Source of the DNA: a virus
Taxonomy: Duplodnaviria > Caudoviricetes
Reading direction: 5' to 3' (one strand)
IMG/VR virus record: IMGVR_UViG_3300017913_002030
Span: 1-64,000 of that record
DNA: 64,000 nucleotides
Both the position numbers and the translations under genes were made by a program. This document shows, piece after piece, positions 1-8,862 of this stretch. Positions within the stretch are counted from its first letter, which is position 1. Each line of letters begins with the position of its first letter. The notes under the pieces were generated by a model, which was not told the origin of the DNA, did not search any database, and saw nothing but the letters and a program-made list of their open reading frames with translations.

Positions 1-3000
1 ACCAGCAAATACTCGACTGTAGTTACCAGTGTAATTACCTGCGAATGCACGTGAGTAATTACCAGTGTATTCACCAGCGAAGTCACGTGAGTAATTACCA
101 GTGTAGTTACCTGCAAATCCAGGAGTTGCTAGAGTTGCTGTAACAGTGTTACCAGTTAGGTTGTCTGCAACAGCACCAGTTCTTACTTCAGTAACGTTAT
201 CGTTTGCGTCGGTGATTCTATATCCATCGAATGACTTATATGTGCCATCCGCCTTCCACGTAAACTGCGTAGACTGATCATGTACTGAAGGAGCGCCACT
301 ACTTGTATTGTCAGTAACATGACCACTACTGATGTCAGTACTATCTTGCCTAAATTGTAATTGCTTTTCGTGCTCGCCCAGATTGTAGGTTTCAACAACA
401 CTATTAAGTCCTGGACGATTAATATCAATAAGAGAAATATCGCCCGATAGAATTTCAACTCTCTTAACTGATCCGGCAGAATCCACCGCTGCGTAGAAAT
501 CGTTCCTCAATTGTGCTCTTATAGAACTAGCTTGAAAAGTGAATCGAACTTTCCATCCAGAGACTAGTGTGACACCATAACTTGATTCAGGCACCAACCC
601 AGTAGTTGGACCAGTATATGTGCCAGTGTACTCACCTGCGAATCCGCGCGTGAAGTTACCGACATATTGCCCAGAGAAGTCACGTGAGTAAGTACCAGTA
701 TAGTTACCTACAAAGTCACGTGAATATGTGCCAGCATATTGACCAGAGAATGAACGCGAATATGTTCCAGTGTACTCACCAGCAAAGCCACGTGAGTAGT
801 TACCGACATATTGTCCAGAGAAGTCACGTGAGTAAGTACCAGTATAGTTACCTACAAAGTCACGTGAATATGTGCCAGCATATTGACCAGAGAAGTCGCG
901 TGTATAGTTACCGACATAGTTACCACCAAAGTCACGTGTATATGCACCAGTGTATTCGCCTACAAAATTACGCGAGTAAGTTCCAGCATATTCGCCTGCG
1001 AATCCTCGAGAGTAAGTTCCTGCATATTCACCGGCGAAATCACGTGAGTAGTTGCCTACGTAATTCCCAGCGAAGTCACGACTGTAGTTACCGACATAGT
1101 TACCACCAAAGTCACGTGTATATGCACCAGTGTATTCGCCAGCGAAATCACGTGAGTAGTTGCCCACATAGTTACCACCAAAGTCACGGCTGTAGTTGCC
1201 TACGTAATTCCCAGCGAAGCCACGAGTGTACGCACCGGTGTATTCGCCAGCGAAGTCGCGTGAATATGTGCCAGCATATTGACCAGAGAATCCTCTAGCA
1301 TAGTTTCCTACATACTGACCAGAGAAGGCACGTGAGTAGTTACCGACATAGTTATCGACGATCTGGCGTGTATATGCACCAGTGTATTCACCAACGAAGT
1401 CGCGAGTGAAGTTACGAGCATAATTGCCGACGAAGTCATTTGAGTAAGTACCAGTATATTGACCAGAGAAACCTCGTGTATAGTTGCCAGTATAGTTGCC
1501 AGCAAAGTCACGAGAGTAAGTTCCAGTGTATTCACCTGCAAATCCACGAGAATAGTTACCCGCAAAGTTGCCGACGAAATCACGTGTATATGTACCAGTG
1601 TATTCACCCGCAAATGTTCTTGAGTAATTTCCTACGAAGTTACCTGCAAAGTCACGAGAGTAGTTACCTGTGAAGTCACGAGAGTAGTTACCTGTGAACG
1701 TACGGTTATACGCACCAGTGTAATTCCCCGCAAAGTTGCGCGAGAAGTTACCTACGTACTGACCAGAGAATGCACGAGTATATGCACCAGAATATGCGCC
1801 TGTGTACTGACCAGAGAATGCTCTTGTGTAAGTACCTGTGTACTGACCAGAGAATGCCCTAGCATAATTACCTGCATAGTTGCCGGCGAAACCACGTGAG
1901 TAGTTACCGACATAGTTGCCTGCAAAGTTGCCTACGAAATCGCCTACAAAGTTGCCAGCGAAGTTACGGCTGTACTGACCAGAGAAGTTACGCGAGTAGT
2001 TTCCAACAAATCCACGTGAATAGTTACCAGTGTAGTTACCAGTGAATACACGTGAGTATGATGGAGTTGCATAACGCAATTGGTCGATTGTAGGTGCCGA
2101 TGGATGAGACATATCGTCTACACGAGGATCATACCATTGCTGACTTACAGATGGGTTTGTTGAGTAATACAAGTATGAACGCATAAATGTATCGTTCTGA
2201 GTATCACCCCAAATAAAGTCAGATACAACGTTCGCTACCATCTCACCTGAAGTATTATAGACACCAGATGTTGAATCTTTAGTCCCTACAGTTGTTCCTG
2301 CTGGGTGTACGTGACCAACAATTAAGAACCATTCGTTCGAAGTATCTGCGGTAGTGCCTGTCATAGTGGCCCAATCGTGACTTACGAAATATGGGTTGAT
2401 GGTTTGAGCACCATTAGAGGCGTGCTTGATGATGTCAGATCCAGTTGCTGCAGGTGTATTGTGAACATCCCATCGAGAGCCTGGACCTAGATAAGTGTAA
2501 CCGTCTCCAGAAAGAACGCCGGTAACAGGACGACGAATCCACATAGAGTATCGATATTTCTTAGTTCTATCGATGCTAAACGTGCTTGAAGTTGGACCGC
2601 CTTCGTAGTCACTCGCCGCATCATTACCTGGCTGATCAAGAACTAATCCAGGACCGAACGGTGTGTCTGTGATTGACTTGACTTCACCCTGAACTGTTTG
2701 ATCAGACCAAGCTTGCTGACCCGCAACCCAAGAGTTTGCCAACCAACCGCTCTGCCACAACTTATTAGAGTAATCATAATATGTTCCGCTAGCAGTACCA
2801 GTCGTTGCATTCCTAGAGTAAGACTGAATTCTTGTTCGAGAATAGCTGTTCGCATACTGTCCTACGAATGTCGATAGACGTGTACGTGCGTAAGCAGAGT
2901 AACGTGTACGTGTTGATGTACGAGCGTACTCGCCAGTATAGTTACCAGTATACTCGCCAACAAATCCACGAGAGTAGTTTCCGACAAAATCGCCAGCGAA

Positions 3001-6000
3001 GTTACGGCTGTAGTTTCCGATAAAGTTGCCCGCGAAGTTAGTTACGCGATCACGAGTATACGCTGAACCACGTGTACGAGTCGATGTACGTGCGTAAGCA
3101 GAACCACGATTACGTGTAGAGTTACGTGTAGAAACGCGTGTAAAGTTACCTACGTAGTCTGTGATACGTGTTCTTGAGTATGCACTGTAACGTGTACGAG
3201 TAGACGTACGAGTCGAAACACGTGTGAAGTTACCTACGTAATTTGTGATACGTGTACGAGCATACGCTGAATTACGTGTGCGTGTGTAGTTCGTTGCGCG
3301 AGTACGAGCATATGCTGAGTAACGTGTGCGAGTCGATGTACGAGTTGAAGTACGTGCGTAGTTACCAGTGTATGTTACCGCACTAGTTCTTGCATATGCG
3401 CTGTTACGTGTGCGAGTATAATCAGTTGCACGTGTGCGAGCGTATGAAGAGTAACGTGTACGAGTAGAAGTACGAGTTGATGTACGTGAGAAATCACCAA
3501 CATAGTTAGTAACACGTGTACGAGCGTATGCTGAGTAACGTGTACGAGTCGATGTACGTGTAGAAGTACGAGCATACTCACCAACGAAGTTGCCTGCATA
3601 GTAACCAGTACGCGTATAATTGCCTACAAAGTTACCCGCATAATAACCTGTGCGAGTATAATTTCCTACGAAATCACCTGCATAGTAACCAGTACGTGTA
3701 TAGTTATCTGTACGCGTCGATGTACGTGTGCTAGTGCGAGTAAATGCGCGAGCGTAGTTACCAGTGTAACTTAATGTACGCGTATAGTAACCAGTATTTG
3801 TTGACGTACGAGTAGAAGTACGTGAATAATTACCTACATATGAGAAAGGACGGTTACGTGAGTAAGCAGCCACTCTGTTACGTGCATAAGCACGAGAGTA
3901 GTTACCAACATAACTACCTGCACGAGTGCGCGAGTAGTTGCCAGTATATGTTACGTTGCGAGAGTAGTTGCCCACAAAGTTACCAGTGTATGTTGCAGTA
4001 CCTGAGAAATTACCACCGAAGTTGCCTGCGAAATCACCTGTGTAACTAATTGATGATACTCCTCGAATCGTCAATGCATACCATGCCACTCCACCTGACG
4101 TGTATTGATAAGTGCCTCTTTCAATCCATCTTGTGCCAGCAGAAACAGTTGTACCGCCACTAAACCAACCAGAATTTGTGTTAAGGAACCCTGTCACACC
4201 GGAACTATGTGTTTCAATGACGTTCTGTGGGTGTTTATAAATGGTAATAGCACCCGTGGATGCGTTTTCGGCCCAAGCAACCGGATCACCTTTACCACCT
4301 GCGGTAAACGCGTTATTTAGATAGTATGTCGAGTTAGGACCGGATCCTGTTGACACACGAGTAGAGGTTCTTGTTGATGTACGAGTTGAAGAAGTATTTC
4401 TTGTATACCCTGTAGCCCTAGTTCTGCTGTAACTTGCTGTTCCTGCTCTATTACGTGAATAATTGCCTGCATATGAGAATGCGCGACTACGAGTAAATGC
4501 ACGAGAGTAGTTACCAACAAATGTTCGGCTATAGTTGCCTGTATAGTTACCTGCACGAGTACGCGAGTAATTGCCTACGAAATTGCCTGCATAGTACAAT
4601 GTACGAGTATAGGCAGGTGTGCGTGTATAGTTTGCAGAATAATTACGTGCATAATTACCTACGAAGTTGCCAGCGAAACTCAATGGGCGTGAATAGACAA
4701 GAGTACGTGTTGATGTACGCGTTGATGTACGAGTGTAATCTAGAACACGAGTAGAGGTTCTTGTTGATGTGCGAGTGTAATCTAGAACACGAGTAGAAGT
4801 GCGAGTTGAAGTTCTTGCATAGTTACCTACGAAATCACCTGCAAAGTTGCCCGCATAACCACGTGCATAGTTACCAACAAAGTCGCCAGTAAATGTTGTC
4901 GCATAATTGCCAACGTAGTTACCAACATAGTTGCCAGCGAAACCACGTGCATAATTGCCTACGAAGTTGCCTACGTAATTTCCAACGAAACCACGTGCGT
5001 AGTTACCAACGAAACTTGATGGTCGTGCACGAGTATATTCGCCTACGAAATTACCGGCATAGTTGCCAGCAAATGCGCGTGAATAATTGCCTACGAAGTT
5101 GCCTGTATAATCGCCAACAAAGTTACGAGCATAGTTACCAACGAAGTCGCCAGTAAATGTTGTTGTGTAGTTACCAGTATAGTTGCCACCATAATTACCA
5201 GCAAATGCGCGTGAATAATTACCTACGAAGTTGCCAGTAAATGTTGTTGTGTAGTTACCAGTATAGTTGCCTGTATAGTCGCCTACGAATGTGCGAGCAT
5301 AGTTACCGACAAAGTCTCCCGCAAAGTTGCGGGAATAATTACCGATGAAGTTACCTGCAAAGTTTGTTACGCGGTCACGAGTGTATGCAGATGCACGAGT
5401 ACGTGTTGAAGTACGTGCATATGCTGAGTAACGAGTACGTGCAGATACGCGAGTAGAAACTCGGGCGTAGTTACCGACATAGTTACCAGCGAAACCACGC
5501 GAGTAGTTTCCTACAAAGTTACGCGAGTAGTTTCCTGCAAAGTTACGGCTGTAGTTGCCTACGAAGTTTCCTGTATAGTTTGCAGTACGTGTTGCTCGGA
5601 CATACGAAGAAACGCGATCACGTGCATAGACGGCAGAGTATACAGAAGTGCGTGTACGGGCATATGTCGAAACACGTGCACGTGAGAAGACGCCTGTAAA
5701 GTTAGTAACTCGTGTACGAGTATAGTTTGTCACTCGTGTACGAGTATAATCTGCTGAATATGCTGAGTTACGTGTTCTTGTTGATGTGCGAGTGTAAACA
5801 GAGTTACGTGAACGAGAATATGTGCCAGCGTATGCAGAGACACGGTTACGAGAATAAGTTCCTGCGTAAGTGCCTGTATAAGATGATACACGAGTACGTG
5901 AGAAAGTTGCTGCATAAGTCGAAGTACGTGCACGTGCATATGTTCCTGAGTAAGTAGAAACACGGCCACGAGTGTATGCCGAAGTACGAGTACGTGCAAA

Positions 6001-8262
6001 GATACCAGCAAAGTTTGTTACACGGTCGCGTGTGTATACTGAAACACGTGCACGACTGTAAGTGCCTGAATAACTGTTAGTAAATGCAGTTAGACGTGTA
6101 CGTGTGTACGCAGATGCACGAACTCTTGAGTATGTACCACCATACGCTGAAGTACGTGTTCGAGTATATGCTGCAGCAAATGCAGATGTACGTAGACGTG
6201 AGTAAGTACCGTCATAAGTTGAAGTACGAGTACGTGCGAAAGTGCCTACGTAAATCGAAGTACGTGAACGCGCATATGTTCCTGAGTATGCAGATGTACG
6301 GTTACGTGTATAGTTACCTGCGTATGTAGAAATACGTGCACGTGAGTAAGTGTCTATGTACGATGAAACACGATTGCGTGAGTATGTACCGTTGTACGTA
6401 GAAGTTCGAGTACGTGAGTAAGTACCTGTGTAAGAAGATACCCGAGTACGGCTGTAGTCAAACGAATATACTGAAGTACGTGTGCGAGTGTAATCGGCAG
6501 AATATACTGAATTACGTGTACGTGAGTAAGTACCTGAGTAAGAAGAAACGCGTGTACGAGTATAGTCGGCAGAGTATGTCGAAGTACGTGTACGAGCATA
6601 ATCAAACGAGTACGATGATGTACGAGTGCGTGAATAAGTTCCTGCGTATGATGAAACACGGTTACGTGCATATGTACCATCGTAAGTAGATGTACGTGTA
6701 CGGGAATATGCACCTGAATATGCTGAAGTACGTGTTCGAGCGTAATCGAATGAATATGCTGAAGTGCGTGTACGTGAATATGTTCCATCAAATGTTGAAG
6801 TACGAGCACGTGAGTAAGTGCCTGAGTAAGACGACGGACGTGTACGCGAGTACGTAGCGGCATAAGCAGAATTACGTGTGCGTGAGTATGTTCCATCAAA
6901 CGTAGAAACACGAGAACGCGAGTAAGTACCTGAATATGCTGAGTTTCTTGTGCGCGAATATGTGCCATCGTAAGTAGATGTGCGCTCGCGTGAGAATGTT
7001 GTTACATATGAAGAAATACGGTTACGCGCATATGTACCATCAAATGTTGAGGTACGAGCACGAGTGTAGTCTTCAATATATGCGCTGGCACGGGTACGTG
7101 CATACGTACCGGCATATGCCGAGTTACGTGCACGAGTTGATTCACGAGCATATGAAGAAACACGTGCACGTGAGTATGTGCCATCAAAAGTTGAGGTACG
7201 AGTACGCGAGTAATCTGCCGAATAATGCTGAATACGACCACGTGTGTATGTCCCGTCAAACGTAGAGATACGAGTGCGAGCATAGTTACCTGTGAAGTCA
7301 CGAGAGTAATTACCTGTAAATCCACGTGAGTATGCACCAGTGTAGTTGCCTGTAAACGCACGACTAAATGTATTTACGCTATTACGTGAGAATGTAGAAA
7401 TACGATCACGAGTATACGCAGAAACACGAGAACGAACGTAAGATGAGTTACGAGTACGTGTGTATGCTGTGTCAACTAGAGTACGACGTGTGTTAGTCGC
7501 AGTACCAGCAGACATCCAAGTTCCTGGCATAATCGGTGCGCCCTGTGCAGAAGAACGCAACTGGTAAGAACCAATCGCACCTGCAGTCGCACGTAGAGAC
7601 TTGACTCGTTGACCAAGTGAATACTTGATCTGTGCGTCGGTCATCTCTTTGAAACCGTCGAACGCGGTTGGGTCGTTTTCGTCATAACAAATTGTAACTG
7701 GGCGATGTGCATCAACTGCAGGCATCGTAACGCGCTGATATATGCTATAGTTCTCAACGGTGCCATCACCGTGAGTATCAGAGAATGCGTTTTCAATAAA
7801 AAGTGCGTAGTCATCACCAGGCGAAGTTTTCGCTAACTGAAATGATCCTACGTAATTGTTTGAAGCCATGTTGCCTAGAACACGACCTGCGAGATTATCC
7901 AAATCTGCGTCTACCATTTCGTAGAATCCTGGATTTGGTCCGTTTTCGTAATAACCGACAGGACGGGCAAAGTCAGCACCAGATTCATCAGCAGGACCAG
8001 CAACTTGCTTCAACGTAGTTGTAGTTGTGGTACTTGTGATGTTAGACAGAGGGTGAGTTCCTGCTGGTTCATTATAGTACGCGTCCGTAAATGAACCAAT
8101 AGAGTTACCGTCTGTCAAACTGATATCACCGACATCACCAGCAGAGGCCTCTGCTAGTGCTTGACCCACTGCGTACGCAAGATAGTTTTCCTGCGCCGGA
8201 GTGAATTCCTGTAGGTCACCATTCGAATTTTTAATTTTTAGTGGTATGCTCGATGCTGACAC
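1..8262 (-). CDS. Giant (>2,754 aa, 3'-truncated by window) low-complexity repeat protein with embedded globular domains; probable virion fibre/surface protein
   Basis: Manual translation from GTG at 8262 gives MSASSIPLKIKNSNGDLQEFTPAQENYLAYAVGQ... Blocks checked at 7.3-8.2, 6.8-6.9, 5.6, 4.0-4.4, 2.0-3.0 and 0-0.7 kb are all open in the same frame; not every codon was checked. Repeats include YSRTRNSAYSGT, STRTSTRV and GNYTGNYSRDFA. Purine-rich RBS-like AAGAGAG and a TATAAATA late promoter lie upstream. Probably absent from the ORF track because its stop lies outside the window. Confidence 0.9.
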   Translation of the reverse strand, partial: MSASSIPLKIKNSNGDLQEFTPAQENYLAYAVGQALAEASAGDVGDISLTDGNSIGSFTDAYYNEPAGTHPLSNITSTTTTTTLKQVAGPADESGADFARPVGYYENGPNPGFYEMVDADLDNLAGRVLGNMASNNYVGSFQLAKTSPGDDYALFIENAFSDTHGDGTVENYSIYQRVTMPAVDAHRPVTICYDENDPTAFDGFKEMTDAQIKYSLGQRVKSLRATAGAIGSYQLRSSAQGAPIMPGTWMSAGTATNTRRTLVDTAYTRTRNSSYVRSRVSAYTRDRISTFSRNSVNTFSRAFTGNYTGAYSRGFTGNYSRDFTGNYARTRISTFDGTYTRGRIQHYSADYSRTRTSTFDGTYSRARVSSYARESTRARNSAYAGTYARTRASAYIEDYTRARTSTFDGTYARNRISSYVTTFSRERTSTYDGTYSRTRNSAYSGTYSRSRVSTFDGTYSRTRNSAYAATYSRTRPSSYSGTYSRARTSTFDGTYSRTRTSAYSFDYARTRTSAYSGAYSRTRTSTYDGTYARNRVSSYAGTYSRTRTSSYSFDYARTRTSTYSADYTRTRVSSYSGTYSRTRNSVYSADYTRTRTSVYSFDYSRTRVSSYTGTYSRTRTSTYNGTYSRNRVSSYIDTYSRARISTYAGNYTRNRTSAYSGTYARSRTSIYVGTFARTRTSTYDGTYSRLRTSAFAAAYTRTRTSAYGGTYSRVRASAYTRTRLTAFTNSYSGTYSRARVSVYTRDRVTNFAGIFARTRTSAYTRGRVSTYSGTYARARTSTYAATFSRTRVSSYTGTYAGTYSRNRVSAYAGTYSRSRNSVYTRTSTRTRNSAYSADYTRTRVTNYTRTRVTNFTGVFSRARVSTYARTRTSVYSAVYARDRVSSYVRATRTANYTGNFVGNYSRNFAGNYSRNFVGNYSRGFAGNYVGNYARVSTRVSARTRYSAYARTSTRTRASAYTRDRVTNFAGNFIGNYSRNFAGDFVGNYARTFVGDYTGNYTGNYTTTFTGNFVGNYSRAFAGNYGGNYTGNYTTTFTGDFVGNYARNFVGDYTGNFVGNYSRAFAGNYAGNFVGEYTRARPSSFVGNYARGFVGNYVGNFVGNYARGFAGNYVGNYVGNYATTFTGDFVGNYARGYAGNFAGDFVGNYARTSTRTSTRVLDYTRTSTRTSTRVLDYTRTSTRTSTRTLVYSRPLSFAGNFVGNYARNYSANYTRTPAYTRTLYYAGNFVGNYSRTRAGNYTGNYSRTFVGNYSRAFTRSRAFSYAGNYSRNRAGTASYSRTRATGYTRNTSSTRTSTRTSTRVSTGSGPNSTYYLNNAFTAGGKGDPVAWAENASTGAITIYKHPQNVIETHSSGVTGFLNTNSGWFSGGTTVSAGTRWIERGTYQYTSGGVAWYALTIRGVSSISYTGDFAGNFGGNFSGTATYTGNFVGNYSRNVTYTGNYSRTRAGSYVGNYSRAYARNRVAAYSRNRPFSYVGNYSRTSTRTSTNTGYYTRTLSYTGNYARAFTRTSTRTSTRTDNYTRTGYYAGDFVGNYTRTGYYAGNFVGNYTRTGYYAGNFVGEYARTSTRTSTRTRYSAYARTRVTNYVGDFSRTSTRTSTRTRYSSYARTRATDYTRTRNSAYARTSAVTYTGNYARTSTRTSTRTRYSAYARTRATNYTRTRNSAYARTRITNYVGNFTRVSTRTSTRTRYSAYSRTRITDYVGNFTRVSTRNSTRNRGSAYARTSTRTRGSAYTRDRVTNFAGNFIGNYSRNFAGDFVGNYSRGFVGEYTGNYTGEYARTSTRTRYSAYARTRLSTFVGQYANSYSRTRIQSYSRNATTGTASGTYYDYSNKLWQSGWLANSWVAGQQAWSDQTVQGEVKSITDTPFGPGLVLDQPGNDAASDYEGGPTSSTFSIDRTKKYRYSMWIRRPVTGVLSGDGYTYLGPGSRWDVHNTPAATGSDIIKHASNGAQTINPYFVSHDWATMTGTTADTSNEWFLIVGHVHPAGTTVGTKDSTSGVYNTSGEMVANVVSDFIWGDTQNDTFMRSYLYYSTNPSVSQQWYDPRVDDMSHPSAPTIDQLRYATPSYSRVFTGNYTGNYSRGFVGNYSRNFSGQYSRNFAGNFVGDFVGNFAGNYVGNYSRGFAGNYAGNYARAFSGQYTGTYTRAFSGQYTGAYSGAYTRAFSGQYVGNFSRNFAGNYTGAYNRTFTGNYSRDFTGNYSRDFAGNFVGNYSRTFAGEYTGTYTRDFVGNFAGNYSRGFAGEYTGTYSRDFAGNYTGNYTRGFSGQYTGTYSNDFVGNYARNFTRDFVGEYTGAYTRQIVDNYVGNYSRAFSGQYVGNYARGFSGQYAGTYSRDFAGEYTGAYTRGFAGNYVGNYSRDFGGNYVGNYSRDFAGEYTGAYTRDFGGNYVGNYSRDFAGNYVGNYSRDFAGEYAGTYSRGFAGEYAGTYSRNFVGEYTGAYTRDFGGNYVGNYTRDFSGQYAGTYSRDFVGNYTGTYSRDFSGQYVGNYSRGFAGEYTGTYSRSFSGQYAGTYSRDFVGNYTGTYSRDFSGQYVGNFTRGFAGEYTGTYTGPTTGLVPESSYGVTLVSGWKVRFTFQASSIRAQLRNDFYAAVDSAGSVKRVEILSGDISLIDINRPGLNSVVETYNLGEHEKQLQFRQDSTDISSGHVTDNTSSGAPSVHDQSTQFTWKADGTYKSFDGYRITDANDNVTEVRTGAVADNLTGNTVTATLATPGFAGNYTGNYSRDFAGEYTGNYSRAFAGNYTGNYSRVFAG
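601..7480 (-). repeat. Coding 12-bp/36-bp periodic repeat arrays (tetrapeptide and dodecapeptide) inside the giant ORF
   Basis: Recurring plus-strand words gttacc, acgtgagta, tgtacg; near-exact 90-bp duplication 661-750 vs 805-894; interrupted by unique domains at ~2060-2790 and ~4040-4330. Confidence 0.9.
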
Positions 8263-8320
8263 AATAATCGCTCTCTTGTTAAGGGTTGATTTTATTGATG
8301 TTAAGTGTTATAACGTACTT

Positions 8321-8328
8321 TATTTATA
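8321..8328 (-). promoter_or_regulatory. T4-type late promoter TATAAATA
   Basis: tatttata on + strand, ~60 bp upstream of the giant ORF and just past a terminator. Confidence 0.8.
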
Positions 8329-8330
8329 AT

Positions 8331-8368
8331 AAAAAAAATGTGCGGACACCGAAGTAACCGCACATTTG
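8331..8368 (-). terminator. Intrinsic terminator
   Basis: Stem aaatgtgcgg/ccgcacattt followed by a U-run on the minus strand, downstream of 8392..8862. Confidence 0.85.
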
Positions 8369-8391
8369 TAAAATTTATTTAGAAATATTTA

Positions 8392-8862
8392 TTACTGTGG
8401 TGGAGTTGGCCAGTTTACATCCTCTAAACTTTCAACTCCGTCTAAAGAATCTGTGATATCACGCAGTTCTTGGCGATAAGTTGCCCACGACTCTTTCATC
8501 TCTGGAGATAGTGGTGCATCTTCAACTGTCTGAGTCCAATCAGACTCGGATAAAAGGTCATTACGAATTCTTCTAATCTCCCCCTCAAACCGTACTCGAT
8601 CTAAGGTCCATGCTTTATTAACCCAGATGTGGTATGGTGAAGGATGCGGTTCTCTAGTTTCCCATGAGGAAGTATCATTATCCCAATAATAGTTCTGAGA
8701 AGCCTCGAGCGGATTAGACACATTCAAATTCTCATTCCATGAATGTACTGTATGTCCATTTACGTCCACTGATCCTTCGACATAATCAGTCGAAAAGACT
8801 TCTAATATGTTGACAATCTGACCGTGGTCGTTGACAAAACACTTTGCATTTGATTTTAACAT
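8392..8862 (-). CDS. Tail fibre assembly chaperone (Phage_tail_APC/Tfa-like)
   Basis: C-terminal IRRIRNDLLSESDWTQ...WATYRQELRDIT...VNWPTPP signature. Confidence 0.85.
   Translation of the reverse strand: MLKSNAKCFVNDHGQIVNILEVFSTDYVEGSVDVNGHTVHSWNENLNVSNPLEASQNYYWDNDTSSWETREPHPSPYHIWVNKAWTLDRVRFEGEIRRIRNDLLSESDWTQTVEDAPLSPEMKESWATYRQELRDITDSLDGVESLEDVNWPTPPQ

Noticed and set aside
601-5600. Ice-nucleation protein (InaZ) identity
   Set aside because: Lacks the AGYGSTxT 8/16-residue consensus; only generic beta-repeat similarity.
183-7361. About 25 ORF-track entries rich in His/Gln/Val/Ser (e.g. 684..1298 +, 6354..6968 -)
   Set aside because: Antisense and alternate-frame shadows of the single giant repeat ORF; the periodic sequence suppresses stops.
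601-7480. Possible CRISPR array or DGR template/variable repeats
   Set aside because: Repeats are degenerate 12-bp coding units without constant repeat plus unique spacer structure; no cas or reverse transcriptase gene; no adenine-specific mismatch pattern noticed.
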